From Caenispirillum bisanense (GTDB lineage Bacteria; Pseudomonadota; Alphaproteobacteria; Reyranellales; Reyranellaceae), in NCBI GenBank assembly GCA_945878895.1, contig CAMDVZ010000001.1, positions 1 to 58,218 on the forward strand: a stretch of 58,218 bases of DNA, in the 5' to 3' direction. How positions within the stretch are numbered: position 1 is the stretch's first letter; every line of letters begins with the position of its first letter. Position numbers and translations under genes: made by a program. Of the stretch, positions 10,177 through 19,494 are shown piece after piece. The notes below the pieces were generated by a model. That model had not been told where the DNA came from, made no database searches, and saw only the letters and a list, made by a program, of their open reading frames with translations.

Positions 10177-10542
10177 TCAGTTGATGCGGCCCGTTGCCGT
10201 TTTTCCGTCCTTGTCCGTTAACTGGACGACGCCCTTGACGGATGTCAGGGGCGCAGGAGCCGTGCCTGCCAACTTCTTGCCATCCGCCGTCGGCTCCAGC
10301 GCAATACGCTGCGTCTTGCCGTCGATGACCATGATGGCCAGCACTTTGAAGCCCGTCGTCGGCAGCGGTTTGTCCGTGGCGTCGCTCACCAGGACTTCGA
10401 TCGCCGTTCCGCGACCGATCACCTCGATATGATAGCTGCCGGCATCGACGAGTTCGCCGCCGTTCGGGCCCTTGCGGGGCTCGTGGGCGAAGGCGGGAGT
10501 CGCGAGCAGGGCCAGGGCGAGAACGAGTTGTTTGGGTCGCAT
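10177..10542 (-). CDS. small periplasmic protein of unknown function (candidate metal chaperone of the RND cassette)
   Basis: ATG 10540-10542 (MRPKQLVLALALLATPAFA, signal peptide), with the mature N-terminus predicted as HEPRKG. It lies 23 nt downstream of the RND pump gene on the same strand. Confidence 0.7.
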   Translation of the reverse strand: MRPKQLVLALALLATPAFAHEPRKGPNGGELVDAGSYHIEVIGRGTAIEVLVSDATDKPLPTTGFKVLAIMVIDGKTQRIALEPTADGKKLAGTAPAPLTSVKGVVQLTDKDGKTATGRIN

Positions 10543-10565
10543 TGTCGTGGTCCTTTCGGAGGTTG

Positions 10566-13500
10566 TCAGAAGGCTTCGATGGGCTTCAGGTTCTGGCCGG
10601 GCGCCTTGGCGGCCGCTGCCGCCTGCTCCGCCTTCACGCCGTCGATCAGGCGTTGAAGCGGCTTGCGGCCGTAGCGCAGGAACAGTACCGGCGTCAGGAA
10701 GGTATCGAGCAGCGTGGCGCTGACGAGGCCACCGAAGATGGTGATGGCGACCGGATGCAGGATTTCCTTGCCCGGCGCGCCGGCATCGATCATGAGCGGG
10801 ACGAGCGCAACGCCAGCTGAGAGAGCGGTCATCAGCACCGGTGTCAGGCGTTCTAGGCTGCCGCGCATCACGAGTTCCGGGCCGAACGACATGCCCTCGT
10901 GGATCGCTAGGTTGATGTAGTGGCTGACCTTCAGGATGCCGTTGCGGGCCGCGATGCCGGTCAGCGTGATAAAACCAATCATCGAAGCGACGGAAAGCGG
11001 TTGCCCTGACCACCACAGCGCCGCCACGGAGCCGATCAAGGCCAAAGGCACCGAGCCCATGATTATGAGAGCAAAGAGCGTGGAGCGGTAGCGGCTGTAG
11101 AGGATGGAAAAGACCATCGCGAGCGAGATGGCCGAGAGGAGCCCGATGGTGCGCGTCGCCTCTTCTTGCGCCTGGAATGTTCCCTCGAAGCTGGTGAAGT
11201 ATCCCTGAGGCAGCTGCGATGCCGCAACGGACTTCCGGATGTCCGCCACGATCTGCGCCATGTCGGTCTTACCGTCGCTGTTGGCGAGCACGACGATGCG
11301 GCGCTTGCCATTCTCGCGCAGGATCTGGTTCGGCCCGTCGGTCTCCTGCACATCGGCGAGCTGGCGCACGGGAACCCAGCCGAGCGGTGTTTCGATCAGC
11401 ATGTCAGCGAGGGTTTGCGTCGTGCGCAGGCTGTCAGGCAGGCGCATCACGACGTCGAAGCGCCTGTTGCCATCGACGAGCTTGGAGACGACCCGACCGT
11501 TCGACAGCCTTTCAAGCGCCTCGGTGATGGCCGCCGGCTGCAAGCCGAAAAGCGCGGCGCGCTCGTAATCGACTGTGATCTCCAGCTGCGGGATGCGCAC
11601 CTGCTTCTCGACCTGCAGGTCGACGACGCCGGGCACGAGCCCAAGCTTGTCGCGGAACTCGCCGGCGACGCGGCGCAGCGTATCGAGATCCTCGCCGTAA
11701 ATTTTCAGCGCGATCTGGGCGCGCACACCCGACAGCATATGGTCGAGGCGGTGCGAGATCGGCTGGCCTACATTCGTTGCGACCGGCAACACCGCGAGCT
11801 TCGCGCGGATATCCTGCACGATTTCTCCCTTGGATCGGGCGGACGGCTTCAGATCCACCTCGACCTCGGACGAGTGCACGCCTTCGGCATGCTCGTCGAG
11901 TTCGGCGCGTCCGGTGCGGCGGCCGACCTGGCGAACCTCGGGAATCTGCATGATGAGCCGCTCGGCGATGAGGCCAACGCGATGGCTCTCCGCAAGCGAT
12001 ATGCCGGGGTTGAACAGGAGGTTGATTGTGAAGCTGCCCTCGTTGAAGGGTGGCAGGAAGGAGCGCGGAAGCTGCGTCGCCGCGGCGCCGGCGACGAGGA
12101 CGCCTGTGAGAGCTCCGGCCATCAACGTGCGGGGGTGCTGGAAAGACCAGCCAAGCAACACGCGATTGCCGCCCTTGAGCTTGCGCACGAGCCAGCCCTC
12201 GTGTTCATCGAGCCGCTTGAGCCCGGGCAGCATATAATAGGCCATGACCGGGGTGAGCGTGATCGAGACCACGAGGCTCATCAGGATCGAGATGATGTAG
12301 GCCTTGCCCAGGGGGGCAAAGAGTCTGCCCTCGATGCCGGTCAGCGCGAACAGCGGCAAGAACACGAGGATGATGATCATCGTGGCGTAGACGATCCCGG
12401 AACGTACCTCCTGGCTGGCGCCGACGACCACGTCGAACACCGAACGAGGATTGCCCTGCTCACGGTTCTCACGCAGACGGCGGAAGATGTTCTCGACGTC
12501 CACCACGGCGTCATCGACCAGTTCACCGATGGCGATGGCGAGGCCGCCGAGCGTCATGGTGTTGATGGAGAGGCCCATCCACCAGAAGACGATCGCCGTG
12601 GCAAGGATAGAGACCGGGATCGCCGTCAATGAGATAGCCGTGGTGCGCACGTTGAGGAGGAAGGCGAAGAGAACGATGGCCACGACCGCCACCGCCTCTA
12701 TCAGGACAGTTTGGACGTTCTTGATCGATGTCTCGATGAAGTTCGACTGGCGAAACAGGATGTGGTCGACCTTGATGCCACGGCCAAGCGTGGTGCTGAT
12801 GTCGGCCAGCGCCGCCTCGACGGCCCGCGTCAGCGTGATGGTGTCCACGTCCGGCTGCTTCTCGACCGAGAGGATGACCGACGACTTCCCCATATAACCG
12901 GCGTCGCCGCGCTTCAGGCGAGCGCCAAACCCCACCTCCGCCACTTGGCGCAGGTAGACCGGGCGGCCGTTGACGTTGGCGACGGCGATGGAGCCGAGGT
13001 CCTCCAGCCGCATCGTCTTTCCGATGTTGCGGATCAGGAATTCGCGGCTGTACAGGTCGGCAAAGCCTCCGCCGGTGTTGGAACCGAAACTGGCCAGCGC
13101 CGTCTCGATCTGCGCCTGCGTCACGCCGAGCGCGCGCATCGCGGCGGGATTGGGCGCGACCCGGTATTGCCGGACCTCGCCGCCGATGGGGATGACCTGC
13201 GCCACGCCGGGGATCGTGAGCAGCCGTGGGCGAATCACGAAATCCGCGATTTCGCGCAGCTCCATGGGCGAGATGCTTTCTGGCGCAGTCATCGCCGCCA
13301 GCACGATCTGGCCCATGATCGAATTGATCGGCCCCATCTGCGCGATGACATTCGCGGGCAGCTGATCGCGCACCAGCGACAGCCGCTCGGCGATCTGCTG
13401 GCGATTGCGGTAGATGTCCGTGCCCCAGTCAAATTCTACGTAGACGATGGAGAGGCCGACCCCGGAAACGGAGCGCACGCGGGTCACACCCGGCAAACCA

Positions 13501-13721
13501 TTCATCTGTGTCTCGATGGGGAAGGAGACCAGCTGCTCGACCTCGGGCGGGGCGAGACCCTCCGATTCCGTCATGATCGTGACGGTCGGCTTGTTGAGGT
13601 CGGGGAACACATCGACGGGCAGCCTCGTGACCGTGAAGGCGCCGAAGACGATCATCACCGCGGCGAGCGCCAGCACCAGCAGGCGGTTCCTGAGCGATTG
13701 AGTAACAAGAAAATTGAACAC
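10566..13721 (-). CDS. CusA/CzcA-family heavy-metal efflux RND transporter
   Basis: 1051-aa full ORF with the RND 12-TMS, two-large-loop layout. The TM4-type motif [16 protein letters not shown] (G-x-x-x-D-x-A-x-V-x-x-E-N) is characteristic of HME-RND pumps. Confidence 0.88.
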   Translation of the reverse strand: MFNFLVTQSLRNRLLVLALAAVMIVFGAFTVTRLPVDVFPDLNKPTVTIMTESEGLAPPEVEQLVSFPIETQMNGLPGVTRVRSVSGVGLSIVYVEFDWGTDIYRNRQQIAERLSLVRDQLPANVIAQMGPINSIMGQIVLAAMTAPESISPMELREIADFVIRPRLLTIPGVAQVIPIGGEVRQYRVAPNPAAMRALGVTQAQIETALASFGSNTGGGFADLYSREFLIRNIGKTMRLEDLGSIAVANVNGRPVYLRQVAEVGFGARLKRGDAGYMGKSSVILSVEKQPDVDTITLTRAVEAALADISTTLGRGIKVDHILFRQSNFIETSIKNVQTVLIEAVAVVAIVLFAFLLNVRTTAISLTAIPVSILATAIVFWWMGLSINTMTLGGLAIAIGELVDDAVVDVENIFRRLRENREQGNPRSVFDVVVGASQEVRSGIVYATMIIILVFLPLFALTGIEGRLFAPLGKAYIISILMSLVVSITLTPVMAYYMLPGLKRLDEHEGWLVRKLKGGNRVLLGWSFQHPRTLMAGALTGVLVAGAAATQLPRSFLPPFNEGSFTINLLFNPGISLAESHRVGLIAERLIMQIPEVRQVGRRTGRAELDEHAEGVHSSEVEVDLKPSARSKGEIVQDIRAKLAVLPVATNVGQPISHRLDHMLSGVRAQIALKIYGEDLDTLRRVAGEFRDKLGLVPGVVDLQVEKQVRIPQLEITVDYERAALFGLQPAAITEALERLSNGRVVSKLVDGNRRFDVVMRLPDSLRTTQTLADMLIETPLGWVPVRQLADVQETDGPNQILRENGKRRIVVLANSDGKTDMAQIVADIRKSVAASQLPQGYFTSFEGTFQAQEEATRTIGLLSAISLAMVFSILYSRYRSTLFALIIMGSVPLALIGSVAALWWSGQPLSVASMIGFITLTGIAARNGILKVSHYINLAIHEGMSFGPELVMRGSLERLTPVLMTALSAGVALVPLMIDAGAPGKEILHPVAITIFGGLVSATLLDTFLTPVLFLRYGRKPLQRLIDGVKAEQAAAAAKAPGQNLKPIEAF

Positions 13722-13731
13722 CGCTCGCCCC

Positions 13732-15444
13732 TCAGCGGATCTGATTGAGGAGTTCGACGCCCTGCGTCACGATCCGCTTGGCGGGATCGAGCCCCGAGAT
13801 GACCAGCATGCGGTCGCCGTCCAGCGGCTCCACGCGCACTTCGCGCGGCACGAAGCGTTCGGCGTTGGCGTGTTCGTAGACTATCATCTGGCCGTTGCCG
13901 GCGCGAACAACGGCGGTCCTTGGCACGGCGATGCCGGTCTTCGTCTCTTCGGTCTCCGCGAGGACAGTCAGCAACTGTCCCATACGCAGTCCACGTGTGC
14001 TTTCGTTCACCGCGAAGTGGATCGGGATCGCCTGGTTGCGGTCGGCAAAGCCCGTGCCCTGGTAGTCGAGCTTCAGCGAACGTCCGTCGTTTAGCCGCGC
14101 CGTGCCGGTCTTCGCGCCGGCCAGCGCATCGAAGGTCAGGGCCTCGATCCAGAGCCGGTCGGGATTGACGATCTGGAAGATGACCGCATTGACCTCGACT
14201 ACCTGGCCCGGTGTCGCGGCCGCCGAGGCGACAACGCCATCGACGGGCGCCGTCAGGCCCTCTGGCTCTCGTAGCCCCCGATCGAGATTGGCGCGACGGT
14301 TCTTAAGTCCCTTGAACTCTAGCTCCGCATCCTCGATCTGTGATCGAGCGATCACGTTTGCGATCGGACGCAGCCGCTCCAGCCGTCGCTGAACCAGCGC
14401 AATCTGTTGATCAAGCTCCCGCGCCAGCTGCTGCTGGCTCGTGATGTCGGCCGCACCGAGCGAGGGTTGAACAAGCGCCAGAACGTCGCCGGCTTTGACG
14501 CGTTGCCCGAGTCGGGGGAAACCGCCAGGCGGCGGCGAAAGACGCCCCGTCACGGACGTCTGCACGGAGCCACTGGCGGAGGGATCGGGGATCACGCGGC
14601 CGGCAAGAGCGATCGAACGGCGATGCTCCTCCGACTTCGCCATGATCGTGCGCACGCCCAGGATGCGCTGGGTCGCCTTGGGCACGAAGACCGCGCCGTC
14701 CGGAAAACGCTGCGCGAGATCAACGGCCGACTGGACCGCAGCCCGCGCACCAGGCGGCGCACTATCCGCTTTTGCGTCGCTGACACCGAGCGCCAAAGCC
14801 AGCGAGGCAATCAGAACAGAAGCTGTCTGAGGCTGACCCTTGCGGCGGCTGCGCATCACCAGCATTCCGGCAAGGAACGCGACGATGCCGACTGCCGGAA
14901 GCGTCGGGTCATAGGACGCGATCCGCTCCTTGACACCACTCGCGACCGCTGTGGCGACAGGCCACGAAGTCTTGACGACAACCCGGGCAGGCGTCTTCGG
15001 CGCCGGTAATCTCAGCGTACCGGTCAGGACGTCGATGTCGGCGCCGGCCGTCACCGTGAAGATGAGATCATACGATCCGCCACTTGCGGCCCAATCCACG
15101 GGCAAGCCATAGGTCCCATCGGGGTTCTCCTTCGCCGCGACAGTGCCTTTCGGGGTATCCACCTCGATCTGCGCACCGGTCACCGGCTCATTGGTCACGA
15201 AACGGTCCACGAAAATCGTCAGTGCATTGTTGCGATAGACCGCGATCAGCTCGAATGTCGTCGAGGAGGCGTCGATCCTTGGCGCGATCGTGGTGGAAAC
15301 GGGCGTCGGCGGCGCGCCGTGGTCGTGTCCTTCGTGGGCTCTGAGACCAGATGCCAGGCTTGCGAAGGCCACAACCGCCAAAGCCGCCATGGTCCATCGA
15401 CCACGCGTCGTACCCGACCGCGCTGGATGTGCGTTCGCCAGCAT
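13732..15444 (-). CDS. efflux RND periplasmic adaptor (MFP) with ~200-aa N-terminal periplasmic extension
   Basis: The C-terminal ~350 aa is a typical MFP ([29 protein letters not shown]). The N-terminus has a signal peptide, HEGHDHG, a beta-rich domain, a TM segment and a second signal-peptide-like stretch. The start is taken at ATG 15442-15444, with 15390 and 15534 as alternatives. Confidence 0.8.
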   Translation of the reverse strand: MLANAHPARSGTTRGRWTMAALAVVAFASLASGLRAHEGHDHGAPPTPVSTTIAPRIDASSTTFELIAVYRNNALTIFVDRFVTNEPVTGAQIEVDTPKGTVAAKENPDGTYGLPVDWAASGGSYDLIFTVTAGADIDVLTGTLRLPAPKTPARVVVKTSWPVATAVASGVKERIASYDPTLPAVGIVAFLAGMLVMRSRRKGQPQTASVLIASLALALGVSDAKADSAPPGARAAVQSAVDLAQRFPDGAVFVPKATQRILGVRTIMAKSEEHRRSIALAGRVIPDPSASGSVQTSVTGRLSPPPGGFPRLGQRVKAGDVLALVQPSLGAADITSQQQLARELDQQIALVQRRLERLRPIANVIARSQIEDAELEFKGLKNRRANLDRGLREPEGLTAPVDGVVASAAATPGQVVEVNAVIFQIVNPDRLWIEALTFDALAGAKTGTARLNDGRSLKLDYQGTGFADRNQAIPIHFAVNESTRGLRMGQLLTVLAETEETKTGIAVPRTAVVRAGNGQMIVYEHANAERFVPREVRVEPLDGDRMLVISGLDPAKRIVTQGVELLNQIR

Positions 15445-15584
15445 CGGCAACTTCCTCAATCCTTGAATCTGCTTCAGGCCAATATCAAAAAGGGGTTCCA
15501 CGCGTCTGTTACAATTTGTTTCAGTACTTCGCACCGACCACGGCTACACTGGTCGCGACGATCGGTGAGCAACCGCGGGAAAAG

Positions 15585-16346
15585 ATGACATCTGGACAAC
15601 TCACGACAACGAATGCCGATCACGGGCATATTCTCGTGGTTGACGACGATCCGCAGATCCGGCTGCTCGTGTCGCGCTTTCTGCAGCGTCACGGCTATCG
15701 GGTATCTGGCGCGGCAGACGGACGCCTCATGAACGAGATTATGTCTCGGTCGCCGATCGATCTCGTTATCCTGGACGTCATGCTTCCTGGGGAGAGCGGC
15801 CTTGATCTCTGCCGCGTCGCACGCGCCACCACGCAGGTGCCTATCATCATGCTGACCGCGCGTGGCGACGAAGGCGACCGGATCGCCGGGCTTGAGGTTG
15901 GGGCTGACGACTATGTGACCAAGCCCTTCAGCTCGCGCGAGCTGCTGGCGCGCGTTCGCGCAGTACTGCGCCGCATGCGCGGCCGCCCCGCGAGTTCCGA
16001 TCCCCATGGCGCTGACATAGTCGGCTTCGACGGCTGGTCGCTCGACCTCAGACGGCGCGAACTCACGTCGCCGCAAGGCGTTCTCGTGGACTTGTCCTCC
16101 GGCGAATTCGACATGCTGGTGGCCTTCATCGAGCATGCGAACCGGGTGCTCTCGCGCGACGTGTTGATGGAGTTCGCCAAGACCCGGACCTCCGACCCCT
16201 TCGATCGGACCATCGATGTTCAAGTGAGTCGCCTACGTCGGAAGCTGTCGGATGGAGAGGAAGACAGTCGCATGATCAAGACGGTTCGCGGAGCGGGCTA
16301 CATGTTCACGCCAAGGGTCACCGCCAATAGACGGACCGTCGGATGA
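15585..16346 (+). CDS. OmpR-family response regulator
   Basis: ATG 15585 (MTSGQLTT). Receiver motifs ILVVDDDPQIRLL and DLVILDVMLPG are present, with a winged-helix C-terminus (TVRGAGYMF). Confidence 0.88.
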   Translation: MTSGQLTTTNADHGHILVVDDDPQIRLLVSRFLQRHGYRVSGAADGRLMNEIMSRSPIDLVILDVMLPGESGLDLCRVARATTQVPIIMLTARGDEGDRIAGLEVGADDYVTKPFSSRELLARVRAVLRRMRGRPASSDPHGADIVGFDGWSLDLRRRELTSPQGVLVDLSSGEFDMLVAFIEHANRVLSRDVLMEFAKTRTSDPFDRTIDVQVSRLRRKLSDGEEDSRMIKTVRGAGYMFTPRVTANRRTVG

Positions 16347-17758
16347 TTTTGAAACGCATACTGCCAGACACTGTCGTCGCCCGCGCCGTCGCTATCCTGG
16401 TGGCGGCGCTCGTGGCCGTGCATCTCATGGGCTATTGGGGCTATCGCGTAAGTGCGAGCGCTGTGGCCGAGAGCGCCCGCGACCGGGCTCTCGCCGAACG
16501 GCTCGTTTCGATCAAGCGTGCGGTCGCCAACATTCCCGATCCGTCGGAACGAGACCGGGCAGCCCATGCGCTTTCGAGCAGCAGCCTGGAGGTGCACTGG
16601 AGCCGGATCAGCCTTGTGCTGGCAAACGCCCCACTGACCGATCGCGCCAAAGCCACGGCGCAGCGGCTGAAGGAGCTTGTCCCCGATCTCGCGACCGAGG
16701 CTTTCCGCATTGGGTTCGCCGACGACGGCGCGATCGCCTCGGGCGAGACGGAGCCCTATCGCCACATGCTGCTGATATCGATGCGCCTCGATGATCAGAG
16801 CTGGGTGAACTTCTCGACGCCAAGGCTAGGCATCGTTCCTCACTTCGATCCCGCCGTCCTGGCGCTGACGATCTGCCTCGCCGTCGTGATCGTCGTGATC
16901 GCCGCGCTGCTGCTCGCGTGGGTAACGCGGCCATTGCGTGACCTCGCCGTGGCGGCCGAGCGCTTCAGCCTCGACGGCAAGCCGGAGCCGCTCGATGAAT
17001 CAGGGCCGTCTGAGGTCCGCCGCGCCGCCCACGCCTTCAACACGATGCGCGAACGCATCCGTAAGCTCGTGGGCGAACGCACGCAGGCGCTTGCTGCCGT
17101 CTCCCATGATCTCAGGACGCCAATCACCCGCATCCGCCTGCGCTCCGAACTCCTTGACGACACGCCAACGCGTGAGTCGATCGAAGCCGATCTTTTCGAA
17201 ATGGAGGAGATGATCGACTCCACGCTCGAATTCCTTAAGTCCGGCGAGAGCTCCGAGCAGCGGCGCCGCCTGAACCTTTCGTCGATCGCCGAGACTTGCG
17301 TCGATGACGCCAAGGATGTCGGGCGTGACATCGAATTCTCGGGCGCCGAAAATCTTTCCGTCGAAGGTCAGCATCTCGCGATAAAAAGGGTGGTCAGCAA
17401 CCTTATCGGGAACGCCCTCAAGTACGCGATGACGGTGCGCGTGGAGGCGCGTCGCGACGGCGCCTTGGCCGAACTCGTGGTGCTCGATGATGGGCCGGGA
17501 ATTCCGGATGACAGATTGGAAAGCGTGTTCGATCCCTTCGTGCGGATTGAAGCATCGCGGAGCAAGGAGACCGGCGGCGTCGGCTTGGGTCTTACGATCG
17601 CTCGCTCTATCGCGAGGGCGCATCATGGCGATATCGCCCTTGCGAACCGGGTCGAGGGCGGGATGTCGGCGACGCTGCGACTGCCGATCGCGCCCATTCA
17701 ACCGGCCAGACGACAGACCGCCCGGTCCGCTGCTCGGCTGCCTGTCCTTAGAGTCTGA
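16343..17758 (+). CDS. sensor histidine kinase (HAMP-HisKA-HATPase)
   Basis: ATGA overlap with the regulator stop. H-box SHDLRTPITRIR, N-box NLIGNALKYA, G1 DDGPGIP and G2 GGVGLGLTIA are present. Two predicted TM segments flank a periplasmic loop. Confidence 0.88.
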   Translation: MILKRILPDTVVARAVAILVAALVAVHLMGYWGYRVSASAVAESARDRALAERLVSIKRAVANIPDPSERDRAAHALSSSSLEVHWSRISLVLANAPLTDRAKATAQRLKELVPDLATEAFRIGFADDGAIASGETEPYRHMLLISMRLDDQSWVNFSTPRLGIVPHFDPAVLALTICLAVVIVVIAALLLAWVTRPLRDLAVAAERFSLDGKPEPLDESGPSEVRRAAHAFNTMRERIRKLVGERTQALAAVSHDLRTPITRIRLRSELLDDTPTRESIEADLFEMEEMIDSTLEFLKSGESSEQRRRLNLSSIAETCVDDAKDVGRDIEFSGAENLSVEGQHLAIKRVVSNLIGNALKYAMTVRVEARRDGALAELVVLDDGPGIPDDRLESVFDPFVRIEASRSKETGGVGLGLTIARSIARAHHGDIALANRVEGGMSATLRLPIAPIQPARRQTARSAARLPVLRV

Positions 17759-17779
17759 CTCGATAAGGGATCGAGCGGG

Positions 17780-17908
17780 TCAGACGGCGAGCCTGCGGGT
17801 CAGCAGCCTAATGCTTGCGACGAGGACCCAGGCTTCGGCGCTGGAGACGCCGGTGGACCGGCCGTTCTGTTCACGAGCTTGTAACCGACGGACCGTAGCT
17901 GTCGTTCG
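17780..17908 (-). pseudogene. possible transposase C-terminal remnant (IS5-family-like tail)
   Basis: The minus-strand reading ...RRLQAREQNGRSTGVSSAEAWVLVASIRLLTRRLAV* resembles the conserved ...RRIATRYDK..LA.I.LASIR.WLR tail of IS5-type transposases. Only about 42 codons remain and there is no start codon. Confidence 0.3.
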
Positions 17909-17920
17909 CTAGCGTCAACG

Positions 17921-18505
17921 GTGGGAACGATGATGACGATTTCCGACGACCTCCTCGACATCTATGTCGGCAGGGCTACCGGCGGCTACGGCCTGGCGAG
18001 TGTCAACCAGCTACAGCACGCTTTGCAGGCCGCGACGCTTTCGGAAAAGGCCGGAGACCCGCCGAGTCTGATCGTGGCGGCCCTGCTGCACGACGTCGGC
18101 CACATGATCCACGATCTTGGGGAGAACCCGGCATCCGCCGGAATCGACGATCGCCACGAAGACGCCGGAGCCGAATGGCTGGCGGCGTGGTTTCCGCCCG
18201 CCGTGGTGGAGCCCGTGCGTTTGCACGTGGCGGCCAAGCGGTATTTGTGCGCCGTCGAACCCTCGTATTTCGGCACGCTGTCGCGCGACTCGATCCGTAG
18301 TCTCGCGTTGCAGGGGGGACCCATGTCCACCGACGAGGTCGCCGGTTTCGACCGGCTGGAGTGGGCCGAAGGGGCGACGAAGCTCAGACGGTACGACGAA
18401 GCGGCCAAGGATCCGGCAGCGCGGACCCGCAGCTTTGAATACTTTCTGCGCTACGTCGGGACCTGCCGGGGACAAGCGCTGGTCGCTGCGGCGATACGTC
18501 CATAG
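17921..18505 (+). CDS. phosphonate-operon-associated HD-domain protein (PhnZ-like HD phosphohydrolase/oxygenase family)
   Basis: Full ORF (GTG start) with the HD motif AALLHDVGHMIHDLG plus downstream DRHEDAG and RLHVAAKRYL. It sits immediately upstream of phnCDE. Confidence 0.7.
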   Translation: MGTMMTISDDLLDIYVGRATGGYGLASVNQLQHALQAATLSEKAGDPPSLIVAALLHDVGHMIHDLGENPASAGIDDRHEDAGAEWLAAWFPPAVVEPVRLHVAAKRYLCAVEPSYFGTLSRDSIRSLALQGGPMSTDEVAGFDRLEWAEGATKLRRYDEAAKDPAARTRSFEYFLRYVGTCRGQALVAAAIRP

Positions 18506-18552
18506 GCGTGGATTCATCCAGACCCGGAAGCCAGCCACGGCTTTTCCAGTCC

Positions 18553-18592
18553 ATGTCACCAATCGGTCATGTCACTGTCTCGTATCCGTAGT
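18553..18592 (+). promoter_or_regulatory. Pho-box-like array upstream of phnC
   Basis: Four 7-bp units at exact 11-bp phasing: ATGTCAC-caat-CGGTCAT-gtca-CTGTCTC-gtat-CCGTAGT (consensus CTGTCAT). The array lies 45-84 nt upstream of the phnC ATG. Confidence 0.55.
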
Positions 18593-18636
18593 CCCGGGCC
18601 GGTAGGCTGTCGCAGGCGACAACCGGCGAGGTTTCG

Positions 18637-19434
18637 ATGCTGCGACTGGAAGGCCTTGTTAAGAATTTCGGCGACAAGCGGGCGGTCGACAACGTGTCGC
18701 TCGCGGTGCCGGCGGGCCAGCTGGTCGGGGTGATCGGGAGATCCGGTGCCGGCAAGTCGACCCTTCTTCGCATGATCAACCGGCTCGTCGACCCGACCAG
18801 CGGCCGGATCGAATACGACGGCATCGACGTGACGGCTCTGCAGCGCGCCGACCTTCGTGCCTGGCGCGCCCGCAGCGCCATGATCTTCCAGCAGTTCAAT
18901 CTGGTGGGTCGTCTCGACGTGCTGACCAACGTGCTGATGGGGCGACTCAACAAGGTCTCGACGACCCGTTCGGTGCTGAAACTCTGGTCCGACGAGGACA
19001 AGGCGCTGGCGCTGGCCGCGCTCGAGCAGTTCGGCATCGCGGGTATCGCCGCGCAGCGGGCCGAATCGCTGTCGGGCGGCCAGCAGCAACGCGTCGCCAT
19101 CGCGCGGGCGCTGGTGCAGGAGCCCGACATGATCCTAGCCGACGAGCCGGTCGCGTCGCTCGATCCACGCAACACCAGGATCGTGATGGACGCGTTGCGC
19201 CGCGTGAACAGGCATTTCGGCATCACCGTGCTGTGCAACCTGCACTCGCTCGACCTTGCCCGCGAGTATTGCGACCGGCTGGTTGGAATATCCGCCGGCC
19301 GCGTCGTGTTCGACGACGTTCCCGCGGCGCTCACCGAGCATGTCGCGCGGGAACTTTATGGCCTCGAGGCCGACGAGGTGATGGACATGCCCGCGTCGCG
19401 CGCGCCGGCAGGCGTGGTCGCGGTCGCCGCCTGA
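18637..19434 (+). CDS. phnC: phosphonate ABC transporter ATP-binding protein PhnC
   Basis: Walker [10 protein letters not shown], signature [15 protein letters not shown] and Walker B MILADEP. Followed directly by phnD and phnE. Confidence 0.92.
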   Translation: MLRLEGLVKNFGDKRAVDNVSLAVPAGQLVGVIGRSGAGKSTLLRMINRLVDPTSGRIEYDGIDVTALQRADLRAWRARSAMIFQQFNLVGRLDVLTNVLMGRLNKVSTTRSVLKLWSDEDKALALAALEQFGIAGIAAQRAESLSGGQQQRVAIARALVQEPDMILADEPVASLDPRNTRIVMDALRRVNRHFGITVLCNLHSLDLAREYCDRLVGISAGRVVFDDVPAALTEHVARELYGLEADEVMDMPASRAPAGVVAVAA

Positions 19435-19494
19435 ATTTTTCGCCGGGCGTCGCCGGACGCGCGCCCTCCCCCCTAGAAGAACCGGAGTACAAAC

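Noticed and set aside
17860-17915. Pho-box-like half-sites (TGTTCAC-gagc-TTGTAAC) directly upstream of the HD-domain gene.
   Set aside because: Only two weak units (4-5 of 7 matches) are present, and they lie inside the putative transposase remnant. The evidence is not strong enough to call.
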